Source: Promethearchaeota archaeon | GTDB lineage: Archaea > Asgardarchaeota > Lokiarchaeia > Sigyniarchaeales > SOKP01 | Direction: 5' to 3' | NCBI GenBank assembly: GCA_016839705.1 | Contig: JAEOTR010000017.1 | Coordinates: 32,001-96,000 of the forward strand | DNA: 64,000 nt | Shown here: in pieces, positions 59,822 to 64,000 of the stretch | Position numbering within the stretch: the first letter of the stretch is position 1 | How the letters are laid out: each line of letters begins with the position of its first letter | Position numbers and translations under genes: made by a program | Notes under the pieces: model-generated | Told to the model about the DNA's origin: nothing | What the model saw: the letters and a program-made list of their open reading frames with translations, nothing else | Databases searched by the model: none

Positions 59822-60733
59822 ATGGAATTAAATGGTGTAGAAATTGAAGACACATTCTGTGAAGCCTTTGGAGGATTCTTCACACGAATATTAATAACAG
59901 CAAAAAATGAAAAATGGGCAAGAATAGCAGCACAGATCTCAACAGGATATGGAACCTCAACCATCCATTGTGATGCGGAAGCGGGAATAGATGTTTTAAT
60001 CCCATCAGAAAAAACTCCAGATAACCGTCCAGGAATTGTTGTTATGTTCTTCAAAACGAAAAAAGATGAGATGAGCAATGTAGTTATGAATCGGTTAGGG
60101 CAATGTGTCCTGACCTGTCCTACAACTGCTTGTTTTGATGCATTAGGAGGTTCACTAGTTCCCGATAAAGAATTTGAAATAAAAATTGGGGCAAATCTGA
60201 AGTTTTTCGGTGATGGATTTCAAGAAAAAATTGAAGGGAAATTCCCTTTTGAAGCATGGAAAATCCCTGTAATGGATGGTGAATTTGTAGTTCAAAGTGT
60301 GGCAAAAGTAGGGAAAGGAATTGCAGGAGGTAATTTCTTAATTATTGGAAGTGATCAAGATTCTACTTTAGAGGCAGCTGAGAAATCAATTGAAGCTATA
60401 AGCGATATTCCTAACGTAATCGCACCATTCCCTGGCGGGATAGCGCGTTCTGGGTCAAAAGTCGGCTCGAAATATAGTTTCCTTAATGCTAGTACTAACG
60501 ATCCTCTTTGTCCCACTTTAAGAGATAATATTGAAAATTCTGAATTAAGGGAAGGAGATAATTGTGTTTATGAGATTATTTTAGATGGAGCTTCTGAAGA
60601 ATCAATAAAAGCCGCAATGAAATTAGGAATTGAAGCAGCAGTAAAAGTACCTGGAATAAATCGAATTTCAGCAGGGAACTATGGAGGAAAACTTGGTAAA
60701 TTTCAATACAGTCTTCATGACGTTTTAAAATGA
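59822..60733 (+). CDS. ftr: Formylmethanofuran--H4MPT formyltransferase
   Basis: NGVEIEDTF.EAF, TPDNRPG, R.GQCVLTCPTTA, FPGGI.RSGSKVGS, ISAGNYGG.LG. Confidence 0.97.
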   Translation: MELNGVEIEDTFCEAFGGFFTRILITAKNEKWARIAAQISTGYGTSTIHCDAEAGIDVLIPSEKTPDNRPGIVVMFFKTKKDEMSNVVMNRLGQCVLTCPTTACFDALGGSLVPDKEFEIKIGANLKFFGDGFQEKIEGKFPFEAWKIPVMDGEFVVQSVAKVGKGIAGGNFLIIGSDQDSTLEAAEKSIEAISDIPNVIAPFPGGIARSGSKVGSKYSFLNASTNDPLCPTLRDNIENSELREGDNCVYEIILDGASEESIKAAMKLGIEAAVKVPGINRISAGNYGGKLGKFQYSLHDVLK

Positions 60734-60762
60734 AAAATACGGAAAGACTCTATTAGTATTAT

Positions 60763-62436
60763 TTATAATTTTCTTTTTATTTTACGTTTTGGAGCGGGTT
60801 CTTTTTCTGGTTTTATATCTTCAACTTCTTTCTCTGGTATTTTTGTAACTGATTCCTTTTTTTGTTGCTTCTTTATTGAAGTTTTTTCTTTAGGAGGAGT
60901 AACTTTAGTTTCAGCGAATTTTGATTTATAGTGCCTATATGCAAGTCCAACACCAACGAGAATTCCGATAAACGCACCAATAATGAAAAGTACCCACGGT
61001 AGAAAATTAGTAAGAATATCGGGGATAATCCTTATTGATTGAGGTGCAAAATCGTAATCACTAATAAGGCTAATAGTTGCCCCATCAGAATCAGTAACAT
61101 AAATATACACATACCAGACCCCCGTTATTAATTCAGCAGTGCGAATGGTTATTTTTGTATTAATACCCGTATAAGCTTTACTAACATTATACCATTCATC
61201 ATTTTCATCTATAAGTGCTACTCTAATATATGCAACATTTTCTACATCAGAAACATTAAACGAAAAAGTTAAATCATTTCCATAGAAAATGGATATTGCT
61301 TCATCCATTGATTTCCCGTTAATTTCATAGCTGTGAATTTCCGGAAAATTATTTTTTACTGTAATAAATTTAAGAAAAGAGCTGATACCACCATTCTGAT
61401 CTTCTGCGTTAATGGTAATGCGATATTTTCCAGTTGGTCTCTCCGCAGGAACTGAAAATAATTTAGTGAAATTATTCTCACTATTAAAGTCGATAGATGT
61501 GGTAGTAACTAAATTACCTTCTGGATCTTCAATGGTCATGCTGACATCAATATCTTCTGAAGTATTCTCTAGATCTGTTACATTTAATGAAATTTCACAT
61601 TCTTCAGTTCTAAATATGTTTGATGGAGATAATCTTATTGAAGAGGTGTCTATATTTGGATTTGAATTCAACACTTTAAATGGAAAATAGGCTGCGGCTA
61701 TTTGTCCAGAAGTTTTATTCGTTATGTTAAGTTTAATATAAAAAGTTTGATCAACATAATCATGAAAACTTTCATTAGTAATTTTATAAGTAAACTGAAA
61801 AAGATTATTTTCAAGGTTAAAAATATTTTGTTGTAATGATTCGATTGTACTATCAACAATAGTAAGATTCCATTCAAATTGAGAACTATAGTTGTCCCAA
61901 ACACTTAAATCTGCATAAATATCATCCCCAATGTAATATTCAGAATTATTTGTAGTTAAATAATAACAAGGAATTGTTGTAAAATTAGTAAATGTTGTAT
62001 GGGCATTCTGGAGATGATTAGAACTGTTATAAAGTAAGAAACTTACGTTTTGAAAGCCCAGAGGATCATTATATAGTGGTTTATATTCATAACGGTACTC
62101 ATTAGGACCCCAGTATATCATATTATAATTGTTAGTTGAGCTGTTAGTAAAGGAAATTTGCAGAAGAACATAATCAACATCAGTATAGCTAAAAGTATTA
62201 AGTGTGAAATTAATAGATTGAAATAGTCGATAAACTGTTGTTGCATTCCTAGTTATAGCCGAATAAGCTATAGGTGGACCCGTAGCTAACTTTGGATTGT
62301 TGGGTAATGATTGATCATCTTCACCTTTAATGTTTAAAGCGAGATTATTATTAAAATGAATTAACAGAATACCAAAAAAAGTACTCATAATAATAAAAAA
62401 GATTAAAATAGTGCTGAAGTATTTTCTAACTTTCAA
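60763..62436 (-). CDS. Membrane-anchored cell-surface protein with Ig-like/beta-sandwich repeats
   Basis: N-terminal hydrophobic segment, many NxS/T sequons, G.Y.I.I.A.D..G motifs, C-terminal TM and basic tail. Confidence 0.75.
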   Translation of the reverse strand: MKVRKYFSTILIFFIIMSTFFGILLIHFNNNLALNIKGEDDQSLPNNPKLATGPPIAYSAITRNATTVYRLFQSINFTLNTFSYTDVDYVLLQISFTNSSTNNYNMIYWGPNEYRYEYKPLYNDPLGFQNVSFLLYNSSNHLQNAHTTFTNFTTIPCYYLTTNNSEYYIGDDIYADLSVWDNYSSQFEWNLTIVDSTIESLQQNIFNLENNLFQFTYKITNESFHDYVDQTFYIKLNITNKTSGQIAAAYFPFKVLNSNPNIDTSSIRLSPSNIFRTEECEISLNVTDLENTSEDIDVSMTIEDPEGNLVTTTSIDFNSENNFTKLFSVPAERPTGKYRITINAEDQNGGISSFLKFITVKNNFPEIHSYEINGKSMDEAISIFYGNDLTFSFNVSDVENVAYIRVALIDENDEWYNVSKAYTGINTKITIRTAELITGVWYVYIYVTDSDGATISLISDYDFAPQSIRIIPDILTNFLPWVLFIIGAFIGILVGVGLAYRHYKSKFAETKVTPPKEKTSIKKQQKKESVTKIPEKEVEDIKPEKEPAPKRKIKRKL

Positions 62437-62442
62437 AAATTC

Positions 62443-63999
62443 TCATCTTCTCAATTTTTTATGTTTTATCTCTTTACTTAAAAAATATAAAATAATGCCA
62501 ATTGGGATGACACTCGGTAATAGATAGAATATCATTAAATTAAATGTTGATAGTTCTAAAACCACTTCAAAGTAAAACCGTGCAATTTCACCATTTTCAC
62601 TATTCTTTAAGACTATTCGATATGTTTTTGTCCCAAATTCATATGGATTATTTGTAGGGATGAAATTCTTCGTAATCCAGTTCTTTCCTGGACTCAACTG
62701 GTCAATATTTGCTTGAACGTCTTTCCCATTAATGGATAGCGAAAAGCTTTCGAAAACATTTTTATTATTTTGGATTATGATTATTAAAGAAGCGGATGCT
62801 CCTTGTGGAATCTGATCTGGGAAGAAAATGCTGATGATTTCAAACTCCGGTATTATATCAATTATTAATTCTTCAGTATAATACACTGTAGCATTTTGAA
62901 GAATATTCATTTCGATTCTAATTGTATCATTTTTAAGATCCTCTAGAGTTTTAAGATAATAAGAAACGGACTTAGTCTCGTCTTGATTAATAGTTTCCTC
63001 TTGAATAAATGTTTCAATTGTATTTTCTAATAATCCACTAAAACTAATATTTAATGATTGAGTTGCATTAGGTAAGAAATTAATTAGATCTAAAGAAACT
63101 AGTATATCTTGATCACTCACAACTTTACTTTGATAAATTAGGTGTTTATAATTAAATGAGTAACCTATTTCTATTAGCTTTATTATGCTCAAATATGTTA
63201 CATTACCTCTCTTAAAGTTAAAAGTAATTTCACTAGGGCCAAGACCGACACCAAACTTTGCAGTAAGATCAAAACTCACATTTAATTCGATTGATGCTGT
63301 AAAATTGAGTTCCTGTGAGGGATATTCTATTATATCTACACCTTCTAAAGAAGCAGTTAATGTTAAATCATCAATCCTAGTGTAATTCAGTAAGATTGTT
63401 ACATTTATAATCTGTCCCTGAAAAAGTATATCAGGTAACCCTTCAATTTTCTCATTTATTAAACCTGATATAATATTGAAACGTGCAAGAGTTTCAGCCA
63501 TATTGAAATAAGTTTTATTTGCCCAGATATAAATATAATAACCATTTCCTATTGGTACAGATTCTTCTATTGGGTGTATGAGAGTATGTGATGCTTCAGG
63601 AGCTTTAGTTTGGTTCTCAAATTGATATAAAAAGGTACTATTTGGGTATTTAAACAAGTATTTAATATCGGCATCAATAATATCATAACTAACAGTAAAC
63701 GGTACATAGGAATCATTCCCAGGATTGTAATATTGATTTTCTTTAAGAAATGAATAAGTTGAGGTGAGATTCATGACATCTTGGGCAAAAATATAATTAG
63801 GAATTATTTCAGTTACGTTATACTCAGATTTTAAAAATGTACTACTAAAAATTTCTGATGCCTTTAAATAGGACTTTTGAAGGTATAAATTAGAGTTAAG
63901 ATTTTTAGTACTGTTTGTGAGAGAAAAATCATAGGAATTATTCACACCATCATAAAAACCATTTTCTATTGACTCGAAAATTTCAACAGCTCTATCATA
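62443..63999 (-). CDS. Large surface protein, C-terminal part (runs off window end)
   Basis: Frame open to window edge; beta-rich, many sequons, C-terminal TM + KHKKLRR. Confidence 0.72.
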   Translation of the reverse strand, partial: YDRAVEIFESIENGFYDGVNNSYDFSLTNSTKNLNSNLYLQKSYLKASEIFSSTFLKSEYNVTEIIPNYIFAQDVMNLTSTYSFLKENQYYNPGNDSYVPFTVSYDIIDADIKYLFKYPNSTFLYQFENQTKAPEASHTLIHPIEESVPIGNGYYIYIWANKTYFNMAETLARFNIISGLINEKIEGLPDILFQGQIINVTILLNYTRIDDLTLTASLEGVDIIEYPSQELNFTASIELNVSFDLTAKFGVGLGPSEITFNFKRGNVTYLSIIKLIEIGYSFNYKHLIYQSKVVSDQDILVSLDLINFLPNATQSLNISFSGLLENTIETFIQEETINQDETKSVSYYLKTLEDLKNDTIRIEMNILQNATVYYTEELIIDIIPEFEIISIFFPDQIPQGASASLIIIIQNNKNVFESFSLSINGKDVQANIDQLSPGKNWITKNFIPTNNPYEFGTKTYRIVLKNSENGEIARFYFEVVLELSTFNLMIFYLLPSVIPIGIILYFLSKEIKHKKLRR

Positions 64000-64000
64000 A

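Noticed and set aside
4369-63385. Numerous 60-140 aa track ORFs antisense or out of frame within longer genes (e.g. 6528..6947, 8088..8513, 16728..17144, 53130..53546, 59319..59678)
   Set aside because: Shadow ORFs fully overlapping well-supported genes; no motifs or RBS
1-64000. tRNA, rRNA, CRISPR arrays, transposases, integrases
   Set aside because: No cloverleaf-like or long GC-rich segments, no regularly spaced repeats, no mobile-element ORFs seen by eye; tRNAscan-SE/Infernal not run

Overview
AT-rich, gene-dense archaeal chromosome segment, almost certainly from an Asgard archaeon (Lokiarchaeia-like). It combines archaeal housekeeping genes (histone, Pus10-eL21-Rpo4-DUF655-RsmA-HemK cluster, eL33, XPD, RecJ-like DHH, beta-CASP RNase, DHQ synthase II, H4MPT C1 enzymes Mch/Mtd/Ftr, glycine cleavage T-H-P1-P2) with many eukaryote-signature proteins (three Rab-like GTPases, a RagA/Gtr1-like GTPase, a roadblock protein, Snf7-type ESCRT-III, a Sec23/24-like Zn finger-vWA protein, a presenilin-like protease). 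No rRNA, tRNA, CRISPR array or mobile element was seen. The ORF track misses or splits several things: (i) a UGA-recoded UxxC peroxiredoxin-like selenoprotein with a eukaryote-type SECIS-like hairpin whose AUGA core is the gene's own stop codon; (ii) at least four conserved genes (HemK, eL21, XPD, GcvPB) that can only start at ATA/ATT/ATC codons behind Shine-Dalgarno-like motifs; (iii) a 55-aa Cys-rich ORF, a decayed cold-shock gene and a long hairpin over the histone stop codon. The best candidate for an undescribed system is a 671-aa protein two genes from ESCRT-III with an apparent FYVE-like Zn finger / coiled coil / PH-GRAM-like / Q-N-P-rich / steadiness-box-like architecture, i.e. a possible one-chain ESCRT-0/I/II-like adaptor. 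All assignments are by motif recognition; no database searches were run.
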